Source of the DNA: Octopus sinensis
Lineage: Eukaryota
Direction of reading: 5' to 3'
Length of the DNA stretch: 55,844 bases
NCBI RefSeq assembly: GCF_006345805.1
Contig: NW_021833874.1
Location: 1-55,844, forward strand
Shown in pieces: positions 25,514-39,361 of this stretch. Both the position numbers and the translations under genes were made by a program. The notes below the pieces were generated by a model. That model worked only from the letters and a program-made list of their open reading frames with translations. It was not told the origin of the DNA and made no database searches. Positions within the stretch are counted from its first letter, which is position 1. The number at the start of each line of letters is the position of its first letter.

Positions 25514-28500
25514 TATGTTTGACTTTTGCTTTATATTTGTACAAGTTGGCTCCAAGTCTCTCCCAGAGACCTCAAGAGACAACAGGTTGGAAGTTCATGT
25601 TGTCGTTATGCCTAGTGTGCCATATATTGGGGGGCGGGGTTGGTGTTGTACTAATGAATGTATAAAAAAAAAATTTCTTTTTTCTTTTTAAAACCGGAAA
25701 TTATGTTTGTTTTAAACCTTGAGATTACATAGAAAGTATTTTGCGTTGGATATGAGCAGTTCCTATGAGCACTATCTTTTGAATTTCTGCTATTTTTGGG
25801 TTTCCTGGTATCTGAGTTAGGTAGCTATCAGCCCCTTTTGCTATCATTCCCAGGGCACCTATGACAACAGGTATTGTTTTAGTCTTCAGCTTCCACATTT
25901 TGCTGATTTCTATTTCAAGATCTTTATATTTGCTCAGTTTTTGGTAGGTCTTGACAGATACGTTTATATCGATTAGGACAGTCATATCAATGAGGAGGCA
26001 TGTTCTTTGTTTGAAGTCTTTCAATATGATGTCTGGCCTATTTGCATCTATCTTTCTATCAGTTTGAATGGTGAAGTTCCAGAGGAGTGAGATGTGGTCA
26101 TTTTCAAGCACTGGGGGTGGTTTGTGTTTCCACCAGTTTTTTTCATGGGGCAAATCCAGATTTTTGCAAATTACCCAGTGAATATATTGTGCAGCTCTAT
26201 CGTGTCTGTTGAGATACTCTGTAGGCGCTAGAAGACTGCACTTGGAGACCACATGGTCAATGGTTTCATTTTGTTGCTGGCATACACGACACGTTGGACT
26301 GCTTCTGATCTTTAATATGTTGGCCTGGTAGTTTCTTGTTGGTAACATTCTCTCCTGATCCTTTCCGTCATCTCTGAATGCCTTATTCCTTCTCCTTCAA
26401 TTACCCCTAGATACTTGTAGTTCTCTGCTGGGTCTAATTCTTTTATGACATTCTGCTGGTCAAGGTTAACGTTAGATGTTTCTGTCTTTTCCTTTGATAA
26501 GGTAGCTTTTGCACACTTATCGAGGCCAAATTGCATTCTGATGTCATCACTGAATTGTTTGACAATCGCTAGTAAGCCCTTGAGTTGTTGGTCATTTTTT
26601 GCAAAAAGCTTTAAATCATCCATGTAAATGAGATGATTTATATTTTTATCAAACATTTTATACCCGTACTGCGTGTCATTGAGCAGTTTTGGGAGAGGTA
26701 TTAAGGCTAAACAGAAGAGGAGTGGTGATTGTGAGTCACCCTGGAAAATGCCACATGAAATTTTTACATCACCAGCATTTAGAGATTCATTGTCACTGTT
26801 CAAAGTTAGTGTGGTTCTCCATGATCTCATACTTACAGACAAAAAGTTTCGCAGAGCAGGTGCTATCTTATACATTTCTAGGCATTTTTTAATCCAGCTA
26901 TGTGGTAGGCTATCAAAAGCCTTTTTATAGTCTATCCAGGCTATTGATAAGTTTTTGTGTCGTTTGTGACAATCTTCTAAGATCATCTTATTGATGAGTA
27001 GTTGATCTTTACAACCGTAGGATCCACGTTTACATCCTTTCTGTTCATTAGGGAATATGCTGCTGTCTGTCAAAAAATTATAGGTATATTCCGTCAGGAC
27101 AGATGTTAGTGTTTTATACACAGTTGTTAAGCAGGTTATGGGTCTATAGTTTTTTGGTTCATTTGTTTCTTCACTTTTTGGAAGCAGGAATGTTAACCCA
27201 TTAACTAGCCAAGGAGGCATCCTACTAGGGTGTTGCAAAACATCATTGTAAAGTTCTGTTAGCAGTTCATGGCTCTCTGGGAAGGCATTCAACCAAAAGT
27301 TAGGGATTTTATCCTTTCCTGGAGACTTCCATTTGCTTGACCTCCTGAGAGCAGATCTTATATCTTCTACATTGACACCCTCCCACTTTTGCTCTTCTAA
27401 GGAGTCCAGTTCTTTAGATATTCTATCAATCTAGGGGGCCTTTTCGCTGTGTGTTTTTTCTTCTGCCCAAATTTTATTCCAAAATCCCTGCACTTCTTTT
27501 GATGGTACAGACTTTACAGTAACTGTTGTTTTTCCTATCTTCCTGCAAAAATGTTTGGGGCTATTTTTGAACATGTTGTTGTCCCTGAAGAATCTAACAC
27601 GCTTTTCATACCTCGCTATGCGGGCAGCTTTAGCAGATACCTTTTGCTTGATGGTTTCTATGGTGGCATCAATATCAAGTATAGTTTTCATATTATATTT
27701 TTTCATTAGTTTTTGGGTTTTTGTAGGTTTGGTAGTCTTATGAACCTTAAGGTTTTTCAAATATTCAATATCAGATCTAAATAGTTTAATTTGTTGTTGC
27801 AAACGCTCTTGCCAAGAAGGCTTTTTGTGGAAATGTTGCCGTTTTCTAATCTTTTCACCACATAGGATCGTTGAGATTTTCGCGGATGCATAGTATAGGT
27901 GGTTGAGATCTGTGATATCAACATCATTAGCTGAAATTATATCCTTAAGTGCAAGCCGGGTTTTACCAATTATTTTCATGTTTTGGTTAGAGTTGCGGAT
28001 TTTAGGGAGTGTATCACGTTCATCCATACTGGTTTCTTTAATTTTCAGCCATTCAATCATGATTTGACTTTTTAGCTCATGTAGTTCTGTCGGGTCAATA
28101 TTTGTGTGACTTTCTTCATCTATTTGATGTTCATCTGTCTTAGTGTTTATATTTGGTTCAGGGAGTATTTCACTTTGCCTATCACTTATACTAACTCTTT
28201 CAATCCTTGCTTCGTTTTTATTAGCTCTGAGCTGGTCTATAATTATTTCCTCTGTATTATCTTCTCTAGCTGCAGCTTCGTTCATTCTATCCGTTACTGC
28301 TTGTCTAATTTGATCAATCTCTACTTCAGTCAGTAATTTTTTTTTTATAATGTTTCTTCTGACGTTGGCAAGCTTGTTACTGTCTATGTAGGGTCTTGCT
28401 TCATGGTGTTTCTGTCTCCAGTTTATGTAGGTTTGTATAGTGTTCGATTTATCTGTGGGGAAATATATGGCATGGTAGAAGGCCGCAAGAACTTCTTTAT

Positions 28501-28930
28501 TATCTTCCCTAGTCCATTTTTCATTCTTTTTCTTTTGAGTGTTTGGTGACGAGCATGGATGGCAATCTGTTGGAATATTCCAGTTGCGGGGTACGTCCAG
28601 CTCCTGTATGTCGGGAAGATTTGATCCAGTAGCTGATTTTTCAATCAGACTTTGGTTCAATTTTCGGGTACGTGGTCTTTTGTAGTCCGCTCGTCGACCA
28701 TCGCGGATTGTAGGTTGTTTTGTTGACATTGAAGCATGACGAGCTTCGACTCTTACATTAAGAGACGGATCTGTCAGTTTAGGATTCTCTACACGTAAAC
28801 ATTGTTCGAAACGCAGTTTCCAAAGGCTAGCAGATCTGTATTCGTCTGTATTTTTTTTGTTGATAGTTTTATCTCCGGGCATAGTTTTCCCCTTCTTCTT
28901 TTTATTTATTCATTCACTTTTTTTTTAAAC
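25513..28930 (-). mobile_element. R4/Dong-clade LINE, near full length, defective
   Basis: KWTREDN N-terminus, RT (YRPITCL, QGD..SPLLF, YMDDLKL), CCHC finger CRVC..ET..H...C and restriction-like PDII/LID/K..KY; (TAA)n 3' junction; frameshifts and a ~660-bp internal deletion near 26346. Confidence 0.9.
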
Positions 28931-29893
28931 CTATGAAAGGTTCACTCTGCCTGTATTAGTTCGAAAAAATGTGAATAAAATACGAGAAAAAAATAAAAAA
29001 TAAATAAATAAACAAAAATAAGAATTATCATCATCACCGTCATCATCATCATCATCATCATTATCATCAATGGCATTGTTTTATGTGTAGTCACAGCGGT
29101 AGCTTATTATTATTATTATTATTCCCATCACCATCACCATCGCCACGGTCAAATGGTCATGTTCTATAAATAGATTCATCAGATGGTGGGCAGAGGACAT
29201 TTTGGGTCAGGGAGAGGTCAAACCTGTTTACTAGTACCAGCGTTATCTTGAGAAGCAATCCAGCTATATATATATATATATATATATACCCATACACATA
29301 TGTATATGTATATTCATACACGCATATTTTCTGATATACACTCGATGATTTTTTTTTTTAATTTCTGAGTTCAATTGTGTTGTTGCAATAAAAGTTTACG
29401 TGTTTACCTGTTTGGGTAATATATTAAAGTTTTTAAGTATTCTTGAGATGTCCATTTGGAAAAAAAAAAAAGACTTTTGCAAAGGGAAGAATGTTTACAT
29501 TTTCGAATGCTCAGAAAAGAAAATGCTCAGAAATTTTTCTTTTCTTTTTAAAAGTTATGCTGTGGTTTACAGTTTTTGTAGTTGTGCAGTGTATATATAT
29601 TGCATTACGCTTACTTCCATAGTTTCTATCGTGCATTTAATTGTGTTGTTACAATAAAAATAAAAGGCGGCAGACTGTTCACACAAAATTGGAGATATTT
29701 ATGATTCTAAATTCTTTGTTAGGTGTTCGCTTGTATGTGCAAAGCTGTAGATATGTAAGTTCCTTAGCTTATTTTAAGGGAAATTCAAATTACTCACAGA
29801 AAACAGTAGATCTTCCAGTTTTTCCGCTGTCACGCTGGGTTGGTCAGAGCAGCGAAAAACAGGTCCAGCTTCTATCACATCAAGCCGCCTTCC

Positions 29894-29894
<1 letters not shown>

Positions 29895-29966
<72 letters not shown>

Positions 29967-30070
29967 TGTTATTGTTGTTGTTGTTGTTATTATTGTTATT
30001 GTTATTATTATTATTATTATTATCATCATCATCATTATTATTATCATTATTATTATTATTATTATTATCA
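29895..30070. repeat. (ATT)n/(GTT)n array, left boundary of copy 2
   Basis: Pure ATT joined to the GTT block also seen at 21270. Confidence 0.9.
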
Positions 30071-30310
30071 TTATTCTCTTCTCTTTTTCCACAGATAAAA
30101 ATGAAGGTGAGTATATGAACCCTGCCGCCAAAAAAGCCTTTGTTCGCTTCGTGGCATCTCTGAGTGTCCCCAGCCACCCACTCCCCTGTTAGCGTCCCCG
30201 AAGCCTCTCCTTCTTTGATAGGCGTTTATTGATGAACTTTCCCCATATGTATGTATATTTATATATATATATATATATATATATAGATAGATATATATGT
30301 ATATATATAT

Positions 30311-30389
<79 letters not shown>

Positions 30390-30878
30390 CACGTGATCGT
30401 ATGATTGACCGGATTGTTGAATGCTGTTATACATCGCTGGTCACAATGCTCTTTGTATCATTTTAACTTTCGCATGATGCCAACTCGCGGACAAGGGGAG
30501 CTGGACAACATTCCTCCCTGCCCTCACCCCTCATCAGAAATCCAGTCCATCAAATTGTTGCTTGTTTACAGTAGAATCATTTATGAATTCCTTGAAAATC
30601 AAGGTAAGTTTAATCAATAAAACACCTTCCAATTGTTTCTGTAGCGAACCACTTTATCAGAGAAGAGGCACCACATAATTTGCTTTGCAGGAGCAACTGT
30701 TTTATCAACGGCGTGTCTTGCCGTGAATTGCTCGAAATACGGACTAGAAAAACAGCCGACAACTGATGAAGGGTCATTCCTTGTGTTGCTTCTCTTATTT
30801 TCCATTTGTTCCTTTCGCTGCTTGCAAAGAAAGTCCTTATTCCATGTCCTCATACTTCGTATTATTTGATGTATAGTA

Positions 30879-31161
30879 ATAATCAGTATAGTTATCTCCC
30901 TTATTATTACTGATGTCTGATCAGCCTCGAAGGCAGTTTTCATCTTGTTATCGTCAAGATAACTTCTGTTATAGGTATTGAAAACAAAGTGGGGTGTTGT
31001 GGAAGGCGATAACTTGCTCTAATTTTTTTTTTAATATTTTCAATTTTGTTTAATATGTGAGCCACCAGGTAACCTAAGCGATCGAAAATGTGATGACATT
31101 TCATGTTATGTTAATAATTGATCTTAACTCTTTGGATACCAGCATCCCTGAGTATTCTATA
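30879..31161 (+). repeat. ~280-bp repeat, arm A''
   Basis: Duplicate of 22064-22346. Confidence 0.9.
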
Positions 31162-31974
31162 ACAAATACTTACTGTTTTAAAGTAATCAAAATTAAAACC
31201 GGCCGTAAAAATTCCATATTAGTCTATGGGAAAGTAATTTTACTAAATCCTTCGTTATTTTCAAAAGAGAATAAAAGGTGGAGTAATTCCATAGAAATAT
31301 GACAAAAGATTTTTTAGTCTCTACATGCTAGCCGTTCACCCAGGCGGGATATGTTTTTCCAGTGCTCCCACAGGCGGGGTGATAATCTGTTTTTCCAGTG
31401 GCTCAAGATACTTGCCAAACTGTCGATGTTCAACAAAGATCTCTGATCTGACGTTTGCAAATTTATTAACGATTTTGAGTTAGAACCATTTCCCAGCATT
31501 GCCTAGCTCTCAGTTTTTGTCTTATTTCTATATTGTTTCGCATGTCTGTGGTCCATTCCATTTGAGGAAGAAATTACTGTTTTATTATTTTTTTCTTCTT
31601 CTTTGTTTTTCAGTTAGAATTTGAATAATTAAAAAAATTTAATTTTGTCTGTTTCTGAAAGAAGTCTGGTTGAAATATTGCTGTTTAAACTTACTTTCCT
31701 ACCTTTGTATTGTAGAGTTTACGTATAATATAAACGTTTGCTTTCACTTGTGCTTCATATATAATTGCTACGCAGCATGTTTAGTTCAAGGAATATGCGC
31801 TTTTATTTCTACAAGTACAATTTGTCTTAGTTAATTATGTGCGATTATGTTATCAAATTTTTCATATTAGACGGGTAAACACACTCACAAACATTCATAC
31901 ACACACGCATATACACATAAACGTACACACGCACCCATACACACCAATACACTCATACAAACACACACACACAC

Positions 31975-32011
<37 letters not shown>

Positions 32012-32075
32012 TAGCGATATATGATTATTGAACTTGGGTAAATATTTTTAACGAAATTTATTTCTTTACTTCCAG

Positions 32076-32243
32076 GTTGTAGCGGAGACGTCGACATAAA
32101 CTTCGTGTTTGACTCCTTTAGGATGAGTTACAATGAAATACGCACTGTTACTACCTTCATCACTGAATCAATCGCAGACAAAAAGTTTTCTGGGAAAAAC
32201 GTCAGGATTGGAACGATTCCTGGAAAGTGCCAAGGATTCAAAG
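32076..32243 (+). CDS. VWA protein exon 4' (duplicate)
   Basis: Intact splice sites, 168 nt, open frame; 6 nt and 4 aa differences from exon 4. Confidence 0.8.
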
Positions 32244-32798
32244 GTAAGTATGAACAAACTCGTTATTAATGACCTTTAGGGACATCGTAATTCGTTATGC
32301 ATCCGTAATATACTAGAAAGTATATCAAACGCCTTTATAAGTGAATACCGTGTTCTTCTGTGTTAGCAGTGCTATTACATCACTTGTTAAGATTATCTCT
32401 ACAGATTTTGTTTAGAAATTAAAGCCAGCATTGATTTTTGCTACGATGTTTCGCATCCGAGACGCCTGATGTGAACAACAACGGTGAGATCGAAAATGAG
32501 AAATGGTTAATGGGCGTATATGCCATACTTCAGGAGTTTTTGCTCCTTCATCGGCGATCATCCAAACCATTGATCATCCACAAACTATATTTAGTGGCCA
32601 TTTAAGCAATGAGTTCACGCACTTGCACTCAAGCACACACACACACACACACCACACACACACACACACTCACACACACACATACACATATATATGACGG
32701 TTCAATTGTTCGATCAAGTAAATTACTTCCCTTGAATTGCAGTAAATTGGCAGAGTATCTCACAGAACGTGTACTCTTAATATAATCGTATATATATA

Positions 32799-32868
<70 letters not shown>

Positions 32869-32885
32869 TATATTTATTATATATA

Positions 32886-33733
32886 TACAAAAAAGAAAAT
32901 GGAGAAATACATCTAAATCAAATATCGATCACCAGATAATACACAATCACATATTTTATAAAACCACCACATAAGAAACTGTAAGAACAAACATAATAAA
33001 GTAGAACAAAATACTGTACATAAAGGAGTGTACATAAAGGAGTAATGTTATACAGTATGTAAAATATGTATAAGATAATATAAAAATAAGTAAATATAAG
33101 TATAGATATAAGCTACATCTTACAGCTGTTTCGGCCATGCAGATAGGTATGTCTCGTAGTTATAAATGAGACATTTACAAAAATATCCTAGGCTTCTTCG
33201 GTGATTATGTGATGCAAATCAGATTACATACACATTTATGTAGGTGTGGGTACATACCCATAATAAAACATATACATATACATATGTATACTCACACTCC
33301 TATACATATAAATATACATGTATAGGAGTGTAAGTATATGCACTCATATGTATATGTATATGTTTTATTATGGGTATGTACCCACACCTATATAAATGTG
33401 TATGTAATCTGATTTGTATCACATAATCTCCGAAGAGGCCTTAGGATATTTTTGTAAATGTCTCATTTATAACTACGAGACATACCTATCTGCATAGCCG
33501 AAACAGCTGTAAGATGTAATCTATATCTATACTTATATTTACTTATTTTTATATTATCTTATACATATTGTACTTACTGTATAACATTACTCCTTTATGT
33601 ACGCTATTTTGTTCTACTTTATTATGTTTGCCCTTACAGTTTCTTATGTGGTGGTTTAATAAAGTATGTGATTGGGTATATTCTGGTAATCGATATTTGA
33701 TTTAGATGTATTTCTCCATTTTCTTATTTTGTA
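32886..33733. mobile_element. ~850-bp foldback of inverted Penelope-type repeats
   Basis: Arms about 420 bp, loop 33308-33317; each arm carries a hammerhead motif. Confidence 0.85.
33426..33515 (+). ncRNA. Type I hammerhead motif, C4 variant (mirror copy about 33113-33210 on -)
   Basis: atct CCGAAGA ggc...gcc GAAA cagctg TA agat. Confidence 0.65.
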
Positions 33734-33890
33734 TTATGAATTTGTGGTAAAACAATTTACCTTTGCCCATATAATACAGTAAGTATTTACAGTTGCATTT
33801 ACAACCCCTATCTCAATTTGTATATATATATATATACATACATACATACATATATATCTATTCATATATATCTATACATATATACATATT

Positions 33891-33941
<51 letters not shown>

Positions 33942-33950
33942 TATATATAT

Positions 33951-34630
33951 AAATATAAGAGAGTGGTCACTATGTGGCTCACTCTAGCACTAGTAAATCC
34001 AAAAGGTTTCAACCACAAAAATACATGTTTCCCATGAAAGTCAGTACGATTGTTAGCTCACACGAACAGGGCAAATAAAAAATAACAAAAATACAGATTA
34101 TTTTGGGACAATTGTTTCGCTATTAATGAATTAAATGTAATTTTACTCACAAAAAACTCACTTGTAGCTCCTCAGCCAAAACTATCTGGATGAAATCCAC
34201 TCAATCACACGCCAGATTTTACCATAACGATAAATACACGTGTGGTTCAATTGATTACATCCGACGTTATAATTCAATGCCCCTACCAACAGCGCACCAA
34301 ACTTTCACGGAAACAAATACTTCATTAGAAATAATGTAGCATAATTATAATTAATTAATAAGGGTGAGAGAATTAGATACTAATTTAATAGTATATCTAT
34401 TCAACACCAAGTGGCCCAGTGCCCCGAGAAACCTGGATTATTATAATATTTAATATATATTAATATTTTATTACAAAAATAAATATAAGAGAGTGGTCAC
34501 TATGTGGCTCACTCTAGCACTAGTAAATCCAAAAGGTTTCAACCACAAAAATACATGTTTCCCATGAAAGTCAGTACGATTGTTAGCTCACAGAACAGGG
34601 CAAATAAAAAAAAACAAAAATACAGATTAT
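33951..34630 (-). mobile_element. Penelope/retrozyme-like 530-bp unit with 150-bp terminal direct repeat
   Basis: aaatataagagagtgg...cagattat at 33951 and 34481; hammerhead motif next to the repeat. Confidence 0.8.
34101..34181 (-). ncRNA. Type I hammerhead ribozyme, complete consensus
   Basis: ttttgg CTGAGGA gcta...tagc GAAA caattg TC ccaaaa: stems of 6, 4 and 4 bp (palindromic stem III), GUC site. Confidence 0.85.
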
Positions 34631-34756
34631 ATATATAAATATATAATATATATATATAATATATTATAATATATATATATATATATATATAATATAATAT
34701 ATATATATATATAACGTATATATATATATATAATTTTAGGGGTGATTATTTTTCAG

Positions 34757-35136
34757 GTTTCTACTTGGACACTTATCAATCAAAGGATAAAGCAAGAAAG
34801 CACTTCGACAAACTCCAGCGAGCGTCCATCGCTTCTCTTCTAGAAGAATCCCTTAAGGAATATTTTAAATGTCCATATGGTGGTCGCAAAGAAGCACGTA
34901 AAGTGGCAGTTATTCTCTTAAAAGGAGAACTAAGGGTTCGATATGGATTGGAGAAAAATGTGAAGTCTCTCCGTAAAAGGGGTATTGAGGTGTTTGGAAT
35001 AAAGATGGAAAATCGGGATTCGGAGATGACTTTGACAAGAATTTTCGGAAAACGTAATATTCTGGACGCCACCAAGATAAAAAGTATGGAGGAAGTGCGC
35101 CGCGAATTAGTAAACCGAATTTGCAAATGTAAGTAA
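34757..35136 (+). CDS. VWA protein exon 5' (duplicate)
   Basis: Intact acceptor, open frame, same donor/stop overlap (35129/35134); 15 aa differences from exon 5. Confidence 0.8.
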
Positions 35137-35179
35137 AGCAGTTCAACTATTCACGCGGGAACCCAAGCACACACACACA

Positions 35180-35221
<42 letters not shown>

Positions 35222-35839
35222 TACACACACAGATATGCACACATGTACACATAAACCCCTATGCTTGCACGAGCACATGCTCCGTCCACGGTCAGTCCTG
35301 ATCTAGCAGACCTTTCATGGAAGGCGTTCCAGCCATGAACATTTCGCCTTGTTTCGGCAATGCACGGGTATATATTCTAAGTTCTATCTGTAACTTGTAT
35401 CATATATCTCAGTATAACCTGCGTCACGGTCGATCGGATGGGTGGCAGGATGCGAATAAAGCTCCTACCCTCGAACCTTGGTAAGGATGGGCAAATGACA
35501 GAATCGAAGAGCCTAACCTTCCATAGCTTTTCCCGAGTTCAAATCCATCCGAGGACAACTTCGTCTTTCATCTCTTCCGGATCGATAGAATCAAATACCA
35601 ATCAGGTATCAAGATTGACAATATTGAATAAATCCCAACAGTTGAAAATTGCTGGCCTCGTGCCTGATTAGCAGGTTGGACAAAATGATTAAGGATATTT
35701 CTTCCGGCACTTTACGCTCTGAGTTCAAATTTGGGGTCGATAAAATAAGTACCAGTTATGTAGTAATGTCGATGTGATCGGCTAGTCCTCTCCCTCCAAA
35801 TTTGAGGCCTTGTGCCTCCAGTACAAAGGATTATTATTA

Positions 35840-35931
<92 letters not shown>

Positions 35932-35932
<1 letters not shown>

Positions 35933-38070
35933 TATGTTTGATTTTGCTTTATATTTGTACAAGTTGGCTCCAAGTCTCACCCAGAGACCTCAAGAGACAA
36001 CAGGGTTGGAAGTTCATGTTGTTGTTATGCCTAGTGTGCCATATATTGGGGGGCGGGGTTGGTGTTGTACTAATGAATGTATAAAAAAAAAATTTTTTTT
36101 TTGTTTTTTTTAACCGAAAATTATGTTTGTTTTAAACCTTGAGATTACATAGAAAGTATTTTGCGTAGGATATGAGCAGTTCCCATGAGCACTATCTTTT
36201 GAACTTCTGCCATTTTTGGGTTTCCTGGTATCTGAGTTAGGTAGCTATCAGCCCCTTTTGCTATCATTCCCAGGGCACCTATGACAACAGGTATTGTTTT
36301 AGTCTTCAGCTTCCACATTTGCTGATTTCTATTTCAAGATCTTTATATTTGCTCAGTTTTTGGTAGGTCTTGACAGATACGTTTATATCGATTGGGACAG
36401 TCATATCAATGAGGAGGCATGTTCTTTGTTTGAAGTCTTTCAATATGATGTCTGGCCTATTTGCATCTATCTTCCTGTCAGTTTGAATGGTGAAGTTCCA
36501 GAGGAGTGAGATGTGGTCATTTTCAAGCACTGGGGGTGGTTTGTGTTCCCACCAGTTTTTTTCATGGGGCAAATCCAGGTTTTTACAGATTACCCAGTGA
36601 ATATATTATGCAGCTCTATCGTGCCTGTTGAGATACTCTGTAGGCGCTAGAAGACTGCGCTTGGAGACCACATAGTCAATGGTTTCATTTTGTTGCTTGC
36701 ATACACGACACGTTGGACTGCTTCTGATCTTTAATATGTTGGCCTGGTAGTTTCTTGTTGGTAGGCATTGATCTTGAGCTGCTATGATAAACCCCTCTGT
36801 TTCAGATTTTAAGCCAGAGGCCATTAGCCATTGATGGGTCAGGACTTTGTCGATATCTGCATTATTCGCTCTCTTTGGGTATTTGCCATAGAGAGGTTTT
36901 TCTTGCCATTTATTATTCAGAATATCTAAGGCCGCAGTTTTGGCACGGGTTTTCATGCACCTGGCTTTTTCTGTGCTTGTTTCTTGTATATCTATCTCTA
37001 ATTCCGAAATTGGTTGTATTCGGAATTCACTTAGATATTCCTTTGCCTGTTTTGTGACTGAGTATGATGCTTTCTTGTTTTCATGTTTTGAGACAAGTTT
37101 TAACATCCAGTCCTCAGAGTTTTTCAGGTAGGTGTCTAGGCCAATTGTAGCAATCTTCATTGTTATTGCCAGTTGCAAAAGACCACGGCCTCCCTCTTTT
37201 CTTGGCAGATTGAGTCGTTCTGTATCTGCCTTAGGGTGGTGCATTCTATGCATTGTCAACAGTTTCCTTATTTTTCTGTCGAGCTGAAATATTTCAGTAA
37301 TTGACCAGTTAACAATATTGAAACTGTAAGTCACGACTGGTATAGCTAATGCATTGATCGCTTCGATCCTGTTTCTTGCATTCAGCTCTGTCTTGAGTAT
37401 TGCTCTCACTCTTCGATAGCATTCTCCCCTGATCCTTTCCGTCATCTCTGAATGCCTTATTCCGTTCCCTTCAATTACCCCTAGGTACTTGTAGCTCTCC
37501 GCTGGGTCTAGTTCTTTTATGACATTCTGTTGGTCAAGGTTAACGTTAGATGTTTCTGTCATTTTTCCTTTGATAAAGGTAGCCTTTGCACATTTATCGA
37601 GGCCGAATTGCATTCTGATGTCGTCACTGAATTGTTTGACTATCGCTAGTAAGCCCTTGAGTTGTTGATCATTTTTTGCAAAAAGCTTTAAATCATCCAT
37701 GTAAACGAGATGATTTATATTTTTATCAAATATTTTATACCCGTACTGCGTCATTGAGCAGCTTTGAGAGAGGTATTAAGTATAACAAAGAGGAGTGGTG
37801 ACAGTGAGTCACCCTGGAAAATGCCACACGAAATTTTTACATCACAACATTTAGGGATTCACTATCACTGTTCAGAGTTAATGTGGTTCTCCATGATCTC
37901 ATACTTACAGTCAAGAAGTTTCGCAGAGTTGGTGCTATCTTATACATTTCAAGGCATTTCCTAATCCAGCTATGTGGTAGGCTATCAAAAGCCTTTTTAT
38001 AGTCTATCCAGGCTATTGATAAGTTTTTGTGTCGTTTGTGACAATCTTCTAAGATCATCTTATTTGATGA
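35932..38070 (-). mobile_element. R4/Dong LINE, 5' truncated within RT
   Basis: Shares 3' UTR variants and flank with 25513; (TAA)n at both junctions; keeps the segment deleted from copy 1. Confidence 0.9.
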
Positions 38071-38082
38071 TTATTATTATTA

Positions 38083-38165
<83 letters not shown>

Positions 38166-38174
38166 ATTATTATT

Positions 38175-39361
<1,187 letters not shown>

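Larger units (their letters stand above)
21270..26997 (+). repeat. Duplicated segment, copy 1
   Basis: Collinear with 29965-38070; about 12 differences in about 480 bp of intron, counted by eye. Confidence 0.95.
29965..38070 (+). repeat. Duplicated segment, copy 2
   Basis: Collinear with 21270-26997, with private insertions at 32886-34630. Confidence 0.95.

Noticed and set aside
28900-29030. HDV-like ribozyme at the R4/Dong 5' end or in the 554-bp element
   Set aside because: No P1/P2/P3 pairing found by eye; an Infernal or RNArobo search would be needed to exclude it.
24396-35128. Formal claim of positive selection on exon 5
   Set aside because: Rough pN/pS is below 1 (about 17 nonsynonymous and 8 synonymous changes); only the excess over intron divergence is reported.
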